Source: Amoebidium appalachense
Lineage: Eukaryota; Protista; Ichthyosporea
NCBI GenBank assembly: GCA_963693365.1
Contig: CAVNZM010000008.1
Coordinates: 9,118,818 to 9,182,817, forward strand
Direction of reading: 5' to 3'
Length of the DNA stretch: 64,000 bases
A program made the translations under genes and the position numbers. The notes under the pieces are model-generated. The model was not told the DNA's origin, searched no databases, and saw only the letters and a program-made list of their open reading frames with translations. This document shows positions 43,560 through 54,979 of the stretch, in pieces. Each line of letters begins with the position of its first letter. The first letter of the stretch is position 1.

Positions 43560-44113
43560 GGAAGTGAAAGTATGCGGTTGCGGTTGCTAAGAGCTTTATG
43601 ACCGTATTAAACATCTATAGTCTAGGTAACTTGTTCTTTGTTAATTCTTGTGTGTGACAGTGTCTTAGTTTTACAACAGCCTTGCGCTAACCGTGAAGTT
43701 TGTGAGCTGTGAAGGAATACACAGTGAGGTAAGCTACGGACCATTCAAATGGATGGGTATTTGAGGGCATGTATGTGTACGTAGTTGACGAGATGATGTA
43801 TGATAGTAAGCCTTGTAATAGTCACATGATGTATGATATATGTAAAGAATGGGTTGCAGTATCATGAATCTGTATGTACTATTAGTGGGGTGTTGCAGCA
43901 TGTGCTGACCACCGTATATGATTGTGGTTTGAGCGCACATTTGAGCGCACATGTGAACACCGTGTTCAACGGTACTATGAACTTAATACTCTTTGGGTGG
44001 AAACCGGCGTTCGATTCCGCGAATACTTCTGAATCAACAGTAACCAATATTCGAAGACAACAATTTTACGGGCAACTATTCACTGCGCCTGGCTCAGTGT
44101 CTGTCCGCGTAGA

Positions 44114-44202
44114 TCTATGAAAACTACTCCGGGACGTGTGTTGCCTCTAGGGGGACATCCCCTTGGACGAAAGTGAACCTGCAATGGTTGTAAACCACGG
44201 CA
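44114..44202. repeat. Split direct repeat B2 (89 bp)
   Basis: Identical to 44671-44759. Confidence 0.95.
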
Positions 44203-44335
44203 AGCCCCCAGTCATCAATTTATTGATCCGTGAGGTCCTTGTGCCCAAAAAACGGGGGAAGTCTTCGCCCCGTGAAAAAACAGCACGTATGTGGGGATCA
44301 ATGGGGGTTGAGTGTAGGGTGTAGGTGGGTGGGTG

Positions 44336-44759
44336 AAAAAGAAAATATAGCTGTAAAGCTGTAGGTGCTAAACACAGAGGATGTGTTGTTGCTTGCTGAT
44401 CTGCTAAAGACTGTCGTGCTTATATACCTAAGGCTGCCGAACTGAGCCAATCAAAACCGATCTAGTGTTATGTGAAATCTTATCCTGAGCCAATCAAACT
44501 CGGTCTAGTGATCTGTGGAATCTGATGTTTTGATCGGCTAATAGGTGCCCGTATGCGGGCAGCCGAACGCGAACTGCTAAAACATGAAACAAAGCCTGTT
44601 GATATCGGACACCCATCCTACGTGTTTACCCAGAAAAATATTTATGTCAATAATTTCCACAAATAAAACCTCTATGAAAACTACTCCGGGACGTGTGTTG
44701 CCTCTAGGGGGACATCCCCTTGGACGAAAGTGAACCTGCAATGGTTGTAAACCACGGCA
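44336..44759. repeat. Internal B1-A2 junction of split direct repeats
   Basis: 44336-44670 matches 47776-48110; 44671-44759 matches 44114-44202; the two abut directly. Confidence 0.95.
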
Positions 44760-44787
44760 CGAGAGCAGTATGCTTGCTCCAAAGGTT

Positions 44788-45819
44788 TCACTTAAGAATA
44801 GAGGCGAATACACGTGTGGTAGTGGCAGCAATGGAGGCCGGACGAAGTCGGGTATAGAGCAGGAAACAGTCGGAGGACCACCTGCCGAGTTGTTTGATCC
44901 GGGAGTCGTCGACCCCGGCCTCAGCCAGTGCTGTGGCCCCCCCGATGCGGAGGCTGTGTCCGGCAAACCGGGAGGGTGAGAGGCCTGCCCGGGAGAGGAG
45001 GGCACGGAAGTCGGCAGAGAAAGCACTCTTGGTGTAGGGGATGCCACCGAGACTGAAGAGGGGGTCGTGGGGTTGACCGGACGTTGTATCCAGGAACTGC
45101 CGGAGGAGATGGGCTGGGGAGAAGTGGGTGAGGGGCAGGGCAGCTAGAGTGACGTTGACACCTCGGGCCTGTACATCCGTCTTAGAGGTTGGCAGGTGGA
45201 GGGTGGCATGGGACAAAGTACCGGTGGGGGTGTAGGTGAAGGTCACGTCTTTCCGTTTAACGTGACGGGACGGGTCAAAGGAAGTCAGGGTTTTGGAGGT
45301 AAATTCCCCCGAACGGAGGAGACCACAGAAACCGACGATGAGGGCCGTCCATAGCCGGAGATTGGCCGAGGAGGCCTTGGTGGGGCACTGGCCATGGAGT
45401 AGGCTAAGGTGGGAGGGCAGGAGGGGCTCCCTGGTGGATGATCGGGGTCGGATGTTGTGAGAAAGCTGCCATCTGCCCACCCCTCGGAAGAACCAGGCCA
45501 GAGACTTGTCGTGGGGGTAGGGAGCAGGGAGGCCCATGTCGAGGTGGAGTCTGGTGATGGCTGAATTGTAGCCGGCCAAGGAAGAGGCCTGTACCCCTCG
45601 TTGGGCACACCAGGCGAGAAAAAGCTGCACGGTGTGGGGGGAGGCCGGGAGGGAGGACCCGGCGGAGGATTGCAGCCGAGATGCCACACAAAAATCGATG
45701 AACACTTTTTGTACCCTGGAGTAAAAGGCCCGAGAGTCGAGGTTGAGACTCAGGGCCTGGCATTCCTGCAGGGTAGTGGTGGCACGAAGCAGCTCGGCCG
45801 GAGCAAAGTGGGGGGCCAA
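44788..45819 (-). CDS. Tyrosine recombinase (DIRS/Ngaro-type)
   Basis: Uninterrupted 343-codon frame with catalytic R (GLLRSGEF), K (SKTD), HxxR (GHSLRIGGAT), GRW and Y (FLLYTR), plus an N-terminal core-binding region (YSRVQKVFIDFC). Confidence 0.95.
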   Translation of the reverse strand: MAPHFAPAELLRATTTLQECQALSLNLDSRAFYSRVQKVFIDFCVASRLQSSAGSSLPASPHTVQLFLAWCAQRGVQASSLAGYNSAITRLHLDMGLPAPYPHDKSLAWFFRGVGRWQLSHNIRPRSSTREPLLPSHLSLLHGQCPTKASSANLRLWTALIVGFCGLLRSGEFTSKTLTSFDPSRHVKRKDVTFTYTPTGTLSHATLHLPTSKTDVQARGVNVTLAALPLTHFSPAHLLRQFLDTTSGQPHDPLFSLGGIPYTKSAFSADFRALLSRAGLSPSRFAGHSLRIGGATALAEAGVDDSRIKQLGRWSSDCFLLYTRLRPASIAATTTRVFASILK

Positions 45820-45850
45820 TCGGCCAGCGTTGCTCCGGAAGGGGAGATCT

Positions 45851-45881
<31 letters not shown>

Positions 45882-46149
45882 GAGCCCAGGGGAAGGGATA
45901 GGAACTTGTGGACCCAGAAGGGGAAGGGGCAGGGCTCCGGTTGCAGGTAAGGTCGGAGTCGTCGGGTCCGGGGAAGTTGGTTACGGAGGAGCTGCGCGGC
46001 GAATGATTGGGCTGGGTAGGGGGGCCAGCAGCTCCCGGAGGCGGGAGGTGTCAACGTGGTGCTGGGGCAGCGGGCGGGCCACCGGGGCTGAGCCTCGGGG
46101 GAAGGGGGTGGTTAGCAAGGGTGGGGCACCCTCGGGGAGATCCCGGCAT

Positions 46150-46200
<51 letters not shown>

Positions 46201-46577
46201 GGCCCCGGGGGGTTAGAGTAGGGCAGCTGGGCCCGAGGGAGGGTTTGCAGGGAGGGCAGCGGGGCCCTGTGCAGGGGATGCCCGAGCACGCGCGGGTGTG
46301 GGCGTACACAGAGTTAGAAGAAGGGAGGGAGCGCTAGGTGAGTGTAAGGGGGGGGGGGCTCGTGGGATGGGGGGGGAGTAAATTTATGTGCAGTGGCCAG
46401 AATAACGTCTTTGTGTAGGGACATTTATTCTTGGCGCGCGCGGGCGCCGTAGTTGGCCTGCGAAAAATGTTACTCAGCCCTAGTGCCCCGTTTTTTCCCG
46501 AGCTCCGTGTCCTTGGACCCGTGTAACCTAGCTCCTAGCCCCTATGTTCTATCTGTGGGTGTGGGTGTGCGCGTAGA

Positions 46578-47738
46578 CTAGGCATTGTGCTTGCAGTCTT
46601 TGCGGGGGTGTGTGCCAGAGCAGAGCGGGCACACGTGGGAGAAGGGGCAGGGCTGCTTAGCGCAGGACCGACCGTTGTGGAAATTCCTGCAGTGTGTTGC
46701 GGGTAGATCCACGGGTCGGGCCGGTGGTGCCGGGCCGGGTTGCGGGTCGGGTCGGTTGGGGGTTTGTCCCCCGCCGGGCTTGTGGGGGGGCTCGAAACCA
46801 TCAAGACCACAGCCGGGCTTGGGGTACATGGGGCAGGCCGCGCTGGGGTGGTCGGGGAAGCCGCAACGCTGACATGCGTCCGGGATGAGCAGAGTGGGTG
46901 GCAGGAGGAGATCCTGGTGGAGTTGGGCGAGCAGGTTGGGACACTCGATCGGAGCCCGACCCTGTTGGTGGGCAACGGTTCGGGCGTATACGTCATAGTT
47001 GTGGATCTGGGCCCACGGGTATCGGGTGCTGAGGCGAGTGATGTGCTGAGTCCAAAGTACTTCTTTGTCCGTGGGGAGGCCGAGGTGGTGCTTGGCGGCC
47101 ATGTAATGGGTCCAAGCTTGGATCCAAATGACGAGTGAACGCAAGGGAACGGGTTTGTCTTGGCGAAAAGTCTCGATGCTGCCGTCGTCGGCCATGCGCA
47201 GATGCTGACCTTTCTTGGATGGGGCCAGGAGGGCGGCGGGGGTGAACTTATACAGATCGATGAAACGATTGGCGCGCAAATCTGCCAGCACATCCGCGGG
47301 GGGAAGCGGGAGTGTGCCCGGCTGAATGTCGCCAGTGTTCTCACCTGTAATGGGGGGCACGGGCAGGGCAGGTAGATCCAGGTCAGGGCCGAGATGCAGC
47401 CCCAGGGAAACCTCCCCGGGTGCGGAGGGCGCGGCGGGGGGCGCGGGAGGGTCGCGGTTGGTGAGAGCGGCCAGGACGCCAGCCATCTGGGTGCTGAGGG
47501 CGGTGAGGGCGGCAAGGACGGCGTCCTGAGAAGTCATCGGCGGGGACGGTGGGGCCTGAGGAGGGACTTCAGGAGTAGAGGGGAGAGTAGCCGGAGGGTC
47601 CGTGGTGGTATGGGCCGCTGGAGGCGCGTCAGTGCCCGCGGGAGCGTTGGTCAGCCTGTGGCGGAGGTCGCTGCGGGTCAGGCGCTTAGGTGCCGCGGTA
47701 GGGGCGGCGGCTGAGGCCTGGCGCTTTTTCGGCGGCAT
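46578..47738 (-). CDS. Gag-like ORF1 with CCHC and CCCH zinc fingers
   Basis: 386 aa starting MPPKKR; FIDLYKF, W..AW..Y, W...YD..AR motifs; CQRCGFPDHPSAAC; CRNFHNGRSCAKQPCPFSH followed by CPLCSGTHPRKDC. Confidence 0.9.
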   Translation of the reverse strand: MPPKKRQASAAAPTAAPKRLTRSDLRHRLTNAPAGTDAPPAAHTTTDPPATLPSTPEVPPQAPPSPPMTSQDAVLAALTALSTQMAGVLAALTNRDPPAPPAAPSAPGEVSLGLHLGPDLDLPALPVPPITGENTGDIQPGTLPLPPADVLADLRANRFIDLYKFTPAALLAPSKKGQHLRMADDGSIETFRQDKPVPLRSLVIWIQAWTHYMAAKHHLGLPTDKEVLWTQHITRLSTRYPWAQIHNYDVYARTVAHQQGRAPIECPNLLAQLHQDLLLPPTLLIPDACQRCGFPDHPSAACPMYPKPGCGLDGFEPPHKPGGGQTPNRPDPQPGPAPPARPVDLPATHCRNFHNGRSCAKQPCPFSHVCPLCSGTHPRKDCKHNA

Positions 47739-47775
47739 GCTGACCGGCGTAGGGAAAGATAGGGAGAAGAAAAGA

Positions 47776-48110
47776 AAAAAGAAAATATAGCTGTAAAGCT
47801 GTAGGTGCTAAACACAGAGGATGTGTTGTTGCTTGCTGATCTGCTAAAGACTGTCGTGCTTATATACCTAAGGCTGCCGAACTGAGCCAATCAAAACCGA
47901 TCTAGTGTTATGTGAAATCTTATCCTGAGCCAATCAAACTCGGTCTAGTGATCTGTGGAATCTGATGTTTTGATCGGCTAATAGGTGCCCGTATGCGGGC
48001 AGCCGAACGCGAACTGCTAAAACATGAAACGAAGCCTGTTGATATCGGACACCCATCCTACGTGTTTACCCAGAAAAATATTTATGTCAATAATTTCCAC
48101 AAATAAAACC
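47776..48110 (-). promoter_or_regulatory. Terminal repeat A1 with likely promoter (duplicated CCAAT module and TATA)
   Basis: ctgagccaatcaaa..tctagtg occurs twice; TATATAA on the minus strand near 47865, ~125 bp upstream of the gag ATG. Confidence 0.6.
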
Positions 48111-48630
48111 AAACTCATACACTGCGAGTGTATTTATCAATCACTGATGTAGCATGCAACAAAACACATGCCATTGCAATCATTCACACGTCAGACCTAA
48201 CGACCACATGCAGGCGCATCGAGCCAGCTACTTGTCCTCCCCCCCCCCCCCCCCTCCCCCCCCCCTTCCCACTCTCCCCCTTACCCCCCGCCCCTTCCCC
48301 CCCCCCCGCCCACCTACCCCTTCCCCTCCCCCACCCCTTGAAGACCCCCCCAACCCCCTCCCTCGAGCCTCCTTTTCCCCCACAAAAGGAAAGCGCGCTT
48401 CCCGGCTTTTTTCTTTTCAATACTTTTTTAGAAAGAAATAAGGTTTCTTTTTTCCCCTTTTTGAGCAGGTTGTGGGCTAGGGACTGAGGCATGTGTGGAG
48501 GGATAGGGGAGGGGAGCTCCACACCTACCCAACAGCACCGAATGTGCTTCTACTGTAAATCCGAACGTCCCGGCCCAGGCGCGCACACAAGCACACGCAT
48601 ACACATGCACGCACGCGCGCGCGCACACAC

Positions 48631-48706
<76 letters not shown>

Positions 48707-49201
48707 ACACACACACACACAGCTGGCACACACACACGAGCATACACGCACACATGCGTACCCAAAAGAGGCTGCTCCTATGATGTTTTTTTTTTGGAGG
48801 GGGAGGGGGGGGGGGGGGAGGGGAGGGGGAGGGGGGCTGTCAGCATTTTGGATCATCCCAAAGCTATGCCCGTCGACACAATCATAAGATTGAGGGATCC
48901 GGTTCTGATGATGAACTCCTTTCTCTTTAGGGAGGGGAGAGAGGCGGCGGGGGGTGGGAGGGGGAGGGGGGAGGGGGGAATATTCTTTCTGCTCCTAAGT
49001 GCCCAGCTACGTCCTTTCGTTTTCGTTCACTTTGTTTCCTCTGGGAGTCAAATCCACCAGATACGACATCTCTGTCAAACCCTTCCCCCCCCCCCCCTCC
49101 CCCCTCCCCCTCCCGCCCTTCCACCGCGGCCGTCCCCCATCTTTTTGTTTTTTTACCGCAGGGTCCCCCTTCCCATCCTGCGGCCCCCTCCCCCCCTCTT
49201 C

Positions 49202-49232
<31 letters not shown>

Positions 49233-49349
49233 ACCCCCTCCCCCCTTCTCCAAAAATGCACGCACACACACACACACACCCACACATATCCCTCCAGATT
49301 GTTGGAGAACATATATTAATATTATTCGTTGGGCATAATTTTCTAAGTA

Positions 49350-49412
49350 TCACGGTGTAGTATGGTCTTCCCTGCTTTTCATAACCCGCCCCCCCCCTCC
49401 CCCCCTTCCCCA

Positions 49413-49464
<52 letters not shown>

Positions 49465-49920
49465 ACACATGCGTGGGTAGAGCGCACCCGATGAGGGGGT
49501 TGAGGGATGGGAGGGAAGGAGGGACCCCCCCCCCCTCCCCCCGGCACACTACACACATGGGAAGAGCCGAGCCGATAGTTTGGGGGGGGGAGGGGAGGGG
49601 GGATAGGGGAGGGGGAGAGGGGGATATTAATCGGAAATAATGAATAATGTTCTTAGTATGCCATGGTATACTATGCACGTGTAGTCTTCCCTGTTTTTTC
49701 TAACCACCCCCCCCCCCCCCCCTACCCCCCTCCCCCGCCACACACACACACAAACATGGGCAGACCCCACCTGATAGGGAGGGTTGGGGGTTGAAGGTTG
49801 GGACTTGGGGGTTATGGTTGGGGGGGGGGGGGGGGGGGGGGGGAGGCTGGGGAGGGGAGGGATGGGTGGGACCCCCCCCCACACACACACACATGGGCAG
49901 AGCCCACCAGACAATGGGAA
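49350..49920. repeat. Degenerate ~330 bp tandem duplication
   Basis: gtcttccctg..ttt..taacc, acatggg.aga.cc and gggacccccc blocks recur in the same order from ~49365 and ~49684. Confidence 0.6.
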
Positions 49921-50486
49921 GAGGAGGATGGGTGGGGGTGGGGGGGGGGGGGGGGGGGGGGCAAGGAGAATTTTATTACAAGCCTATATACACTATGATG
50001 ATGCCTTTGAGTGGTGTCGGGGAGAACCAAATCACCCAACTGTGCACGCGCACACACCTGGCCCTTCCCCTCTTCCCTCTGCCACCCATAGTATTATGCC
50101 TAGCCACCACCGAACACAAAGGCACCCCCCAGCCTCACCGGAACAGCAGGGCTTGCCAAAGTATCACATCGTGACACACGTTGTAAGAGCATATTCCTGT
50201 TTGATATTTAGTAAGTCATATTGTAACTTGGTTGGAAACCAGAGCTAGAGCGGGTGAAAGTTACTCCTCCAGAGAGTGAAAACGAAACACTATACCTACT
50301 TACCTAATGAATTGTGCAGATTATCCAATTCTCAAACCCATTTTTCCGGTTCCGGGTTAATGTTTCTGTAAATTTTCTTCTTTTTCTTTTTTCTTTTTTT
50401 CTTTTTTTCTTTTTAGAGTCCTGGACATAAGCTGTTTATTTAGAATGTGAGAGTAAATCGAGACACTTGATTTCATATTCTTTCGT

Positions 50487-50546
50487 AAACTAGCGAAGAA
50501 ACTAGCGCAAAAACCAGCGAGAAAAATAGCGCAAAAACTAGCGAGG
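50487..50546. repeat. Five 12-bp repeats (aaactagcgnnn)
   Basis: Direct inspection; overlaps the stop codon of the 314-aa ORF. Confidence 0.85.
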
Positions 50547-51482
50547 AAAACGGGGTTCGTCGTGGGGGAGGTTCGCCATTTCCGGGACTGGGAGCTTGTT
50601 TTTTGTATTGAGAGTACACTGCCTGTCGGCAATCTGGAAGATGGCGTGCTCGTCATCGTGTCGAAACTTGAGAACACCCAACGTGGTGCACACCGAGGCC
50701 TTTCGGGCAAGCTCTTTAACGAGCGGGAAGCAATCCGTTCTCAACAGGAATCTCATCAGAATGTGTCGCTTGGGGCGCAGTGGACCGAAATCTACCTCGA
50801 TCAGGGCTTTGACGAAATCCTCGCAGAAAAGAGCATGGCTGGCCACCGTGTAAGCATCCAACCCGGCGATAGACGACGACAAGACCACCAACTCCATAGG
50901 TTTGTATTCGTGGTTTGACTTAATCCCATCGATAAGACACTCTATGTATCCGGCTCTATGCCGCACGGGCAAGGTAGCCGGAAGCCCAAAGAACACCATG
51001 CTTTGCGTGCGTGCAAAATAGGGTTCGTCGTGGTGGGCGTTCGCCAATTCCGTTGGGACCTTGTTGTTTTTTGTATTGAGAGTACACTGCCTGTCGGCAA
51101 TCTGGAAGATGGCGTGCTCGTCATCGTGTCGAACCTTGAGAACACCCAACGTGGTACACACCGAGGCCTTTCGGGCAAGCTCTTTAACGAGCGGGAAGCA
51201 ATCCGTTCTCAACAGGAAACTCATCAGAATGTGTCGCTTGGGGCGCAGTGGACCGAAATCTACCTCGATCAGGGCTTTGACGAAATCCTCGCAGAAAAGA
51301 GCATGGCTGGCCACCGTGTAAGCATCCAACCCGGCGATAGACGACGACAAGACCACCAACTCCATAGGTTTGTATTCGTGGTTTGACTTAATCCCATCGA
51401 TAAGACACTCTATGTATCCGGCTCTATGCCGCACGGGCAAGGTAGCCGGAAGCCCAAAGAACACCATGCTTTGCGTGCGCAC
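50538..51482 (-). CDS. Intronless orphan ORF made of two near-identical 156-aa (468-bp) units
   Basis: 468-bp period (51001 vs 51469), open throughout, globular composition. An upstream ATG (~51529, MANH) is one base out of frame. Confidence 0.6.
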   Translation of the reverse strand: MRTQSMVFFGLPATLPVRHRAGYIECLIDGIKSNHEYKPMELVVLSSSIAGLDAYTVASHALFCEDFVKALIEVDFGPLRPKRHILMSFLLRTDCFPLVKELARKASVCTTLGVLKVRHDDEHAIFQIADRQCTLNTKNNKVPTELANAHHDEPYFARTQSMVFFGLPATLPVRHRAGYIECLIDGIKSNHEYKPMELVVLSSSIAGLDAYTVASHALFCEDFVKALIEVDFGPLRPKRHILMRFLLRTDCFPLVKELARKASVCTTLGVLKFRHDDEHAIFQIADRQCTLNTKNKLPVPEMANLPHDEPRFPR

Positions 51483-51603
51483 TTTTGACCTTGTTGAAAT
51501 GATTTAGCGTGGATGATGTGATTTGCCATTTTATATAAATCATGAAGAAGCGGAGTCTGCGAAGCTTCGACATCTCAGTATTGGAGTCCGGCAAGCCGCG
51601 GTT

Positions 51604-51659
51604 TGAGTCCGTGAGTCCGTGAGTCCGTGAGTCCGTGAGTCCGTGAGTCCGTGAGTCCG
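51604..51659. repeat. (TGAGTCCG)7 tandem repeat
   Basis: Seven perfect 8-bp units upstream of the duplicated-domain ORF. Confidence 0.95.
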
Positions 51660-52338
51660 CCCCTGAACGGGGCAGAACGATTGGCAGAGATTAAATAGCC
51701 TTATATGGTAACTAACGAGCATGTAATGCCGCGGACGTGTGGTGGGAGCGGGGCAAACCTATTGGTGATCGTGTTTCATGTTATTGCTTAAAAAGCCTTC
51801 ATATGGTAACCATGGTGATCGTGTTTCGTGTTTGCCAGAGGATTCGGGATTTTCTGGAAGTCTGCTGTGTCGAGCGGTCCGGTAGGGCGTGCTATTACAG
51901 TGCCTCCGCGATATTGTCACACCTTAAAACTGTTAAAACATAGAACATACCAAGATGTGACAGTATTGTACAGGTCTAGGGGACACTATATATAAAACTG
52001 ATCTCGGCGGAGCCTCGATCTGTGGCCCAATCTCCATACGAGGCAGTGGGGAAGCGTAGGCGCGCGCGCGCGCGTGTGTGTGTGTGCGTGTGTGGGGGGA
52101 GGTGAAGGAGAGGCGGGTTGGGGGAGGAGGTAGAAGAGGTATCGGGTAGGGAGAGGGAAGTTGCATGTGTGTGTGCGGGCGGGGGGAGCTACCATATGAG
52201 AGGAGTTAGGCACTTATGCAGTGCGAGTGTGTTGATTTGTCTGTGTTGGGTGTTATGGGTGTGTGTGTGTGTGGGTTGGGGGGGGGGGGGGGGGGGGGGG
52301 GGGGGAGGGGAGGGGAAGGGGAAGGGGAGAGGATGCAG

Positions 52339-52396
<58 letters not shown>

Positions 52397-52474
52397 TGTG
52401 TGTATTGTGCACACATGTGTGTGTGTGTGTGTGTGTGTGCGTGTGTGTCTGCAGTGCGTGTGTGCGTGTGTGCG

Positions 52475-52506
<32 letters not shown>

Positions 52507-53575
52507 GAGAGAGGTGTGTGTGTGTGTGTGTTTGTGTGTGTGTGTTTGTGTGTGTTTGCGTGCACATGATATGGTATGCGCGTGTGAGTGGTAGGGAGTG
52601 GCTGTTGATAAACACTCTCCCGACGGCAACAGAAAGACATTTTCTTTGCAGCCATTCCAGTCATTAGACAACAACCAATTACATTTCACTACCGGCATAC
52701 CAGTGATAAATAACCGTAAACAACCGTACGTAGGCATGATGTAGTAGGAAGGCTGTACCTGTTGCTGTCGCGGTGTTGTTGTCGACGGTGATTTAGGGAT
52801 TTATGAAATCACCATGCGTTAAAGTTGGAGTTGAAAGCAATTGTGTTCCTATTGCGTGGAAGTACACTGGAGTGCCTTGTATTCTTTCTTCACCAGAACA
52901 CAATGGAAATGAAAACGTACGTTGACTTTCTCGTTTTGGTGAATTGGTCCGTGCCCTTCAACCTTTTGTATGGCTGGTACTACATGCAGTTTCCCGTAGA
53001 CTCCATGTGTGTCACTTTTGAAATATACCGACCATGTGCCGGCACCCCATCGATTTGTAGGATTGAAACAGTTGGGGAACTTAAGCGTTCCTGTTGCTAA
53101 ACAGTAATGTTTCGGGTTTTTCAGTTGAATTGGAGAGAGAGAAGGTAAATACTCTCTGAAATCGGTACGTAGTGCCATCAATTCTCCACCGTCAGCTGCC
53201 ATGCTGAAACCGGATAGACTTTGAACTGAATGCGATCGCTACGTTTTGTAGTTGGTGTATATATGCCAGAATAATAATTTATGACAGGTGCGGTTAAAGA
53301 GGGGACTGTGCGTGTTGTTTTTTTGGAGATTTGTGACTCGTTTACATATCTGAATAAAGATTTATTATTTTCAGCTGGAATCTGAATTGTGGGACTCATC
53401 GGCCGTTGCTGTTTTTCCCTTATACCTTGCTCTTGCCTTGTTGTTTGATTGCTCGTGCTCTTCCCGTTGCTTGCTCTGTTTCCCTGATCCCTTTCGTTCC
53501 CTTCCATTGCTGTTCCCTTCTCTTACCCGTGTTTTTTTCTTCCCCATTCCCGTTCTGTTTAAGCTTTTGTGGTGT

Positions 53576-53688
<113 letters not shown>

Positions 53689-54330
53689 TATGTGTGCGTG
53701 CATGTATGCGTGCGTGTGATACTGTGGCAATTACCTGCAGACTGCCAGTCGTTGCAACTTGCGACACAATGGAGGTTTGTGTGCCAATCAGATTATTGCA
53801 CGTGGCATACACTTGCATGTGTTTCGGAGTGTAGGTGTGTGTGTGTGTGTGTCTGTGTGTGTGTACGGAGTGTGCACGTGTGTACGCGTGCGTGTGTGTG
53901 TGTGTGTGTGTGGGTACGCACGTGTGTTTGTGTGTGTGTAGATTGTAGCTGTCCCCCTCCCCCCCCCTCCCCCCCCCCCCCCCCTCCCCTTTGGTATTTA
54001 TATCCGTCGATATCTCTCAAGCCATTAGCCCGGCAAGGTTAGGCTGAAACATCCATTAGCTTCCCAGTTGGTGAGTAGGAAGTATGGATCCCCCCCCCCC
54101 CTCCTCCCCCTCCCCCCCCCCCTCCCCTCGGGGCCCCTGTTCCCCGCTTAGAGCAGGCCACGGAAATGAGGTGTGTACGTGTGTATGTGTGTACGGGCAC
54201 GTGTGTGTGTGTGTGTGCATGTGTGTGTATGTGTGTGCGTGGGTGCGTGTGTAGGGGAACAATTTGGTTAATAGGTAGAAGGGGAAAGTTGTGTGTCGGT
54301 GTGTGTGTGTGTGTGTCTGTGTGTGTGTAC

Positions 54331-54430
<100 letters not shown>

Positions 54431-54597
54431 TATCGGGGTCACGGTCTGTACACGTGTGTGTGTGTGTGTGTGTGTACGCGTGTGTACGTGTGTATGCCGT
54501 GTGTTTCAGAGAGCCAATGAAACTTTCCCAACTTTAGCATGTCTGGATTGTAGCTGTCATGTCCCCCCCCCCCCCCCCCCCCTCCCCCTCTCCCCCC

Positions 54598-54631
<34 letters not shown>

Positions 54632-54676
54632 CGCTCCCTGCCGAGAGCAGGCCAAATGAGTTGCGCGCGCGCGTGC

Positions 54677-54714
<38 letters not shown>

Positions 54715-54717
54715 CAC

Positions 54718-54791
<74 letters not shown>

Positions 54792-54979
54792 TGTGTGTGT
54801 GTGTGTGAAAGTGATGGTGGTGGTGGTGATAGTGATGGTGGTGGTAGTGGTTTGAGGGGAGGGGGGAGGGAGGGAGGGGAAAGAGCTGTTGATAAACACT
54901 CTCCCCACGGAAACAGAATGACTTTTTCTTTGCAGATGGGTGGCTATGTGCTTTTAGACACATGTCCAAAACAGAAATT

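Larger units (their letters stand above)
44114..48110 (-). mobile_element. Ngaro/PAT-type tyrosine-recombinase retrotransposon with split direct repeats, non-autonomous (no RT/RNase H)
   Basis: In sense orientation: A1 (48110-47776), gag, YR, B1 (44759-44671), A2 (44670-44336), spacer, B2 (44202-44114). The A copies differ at one position seen (44591 vs 48031) and the B copies look identical. No target-site duplication is apparent. Confidence 0.92.

Noticed and set aside
46535-47515. 326-aa ORF overlapping gag as pol
   Set aside because: It has no RT motifs and is an alternative frame of GC-rich gag.
44336-48110. Classical LTR retrotransposon or Crypton
   Set aside because: The repeats are split with an extra B pair, there are no TG..CA ends, TSD or DDE integrase, and gag is present, unlike Cryptons.
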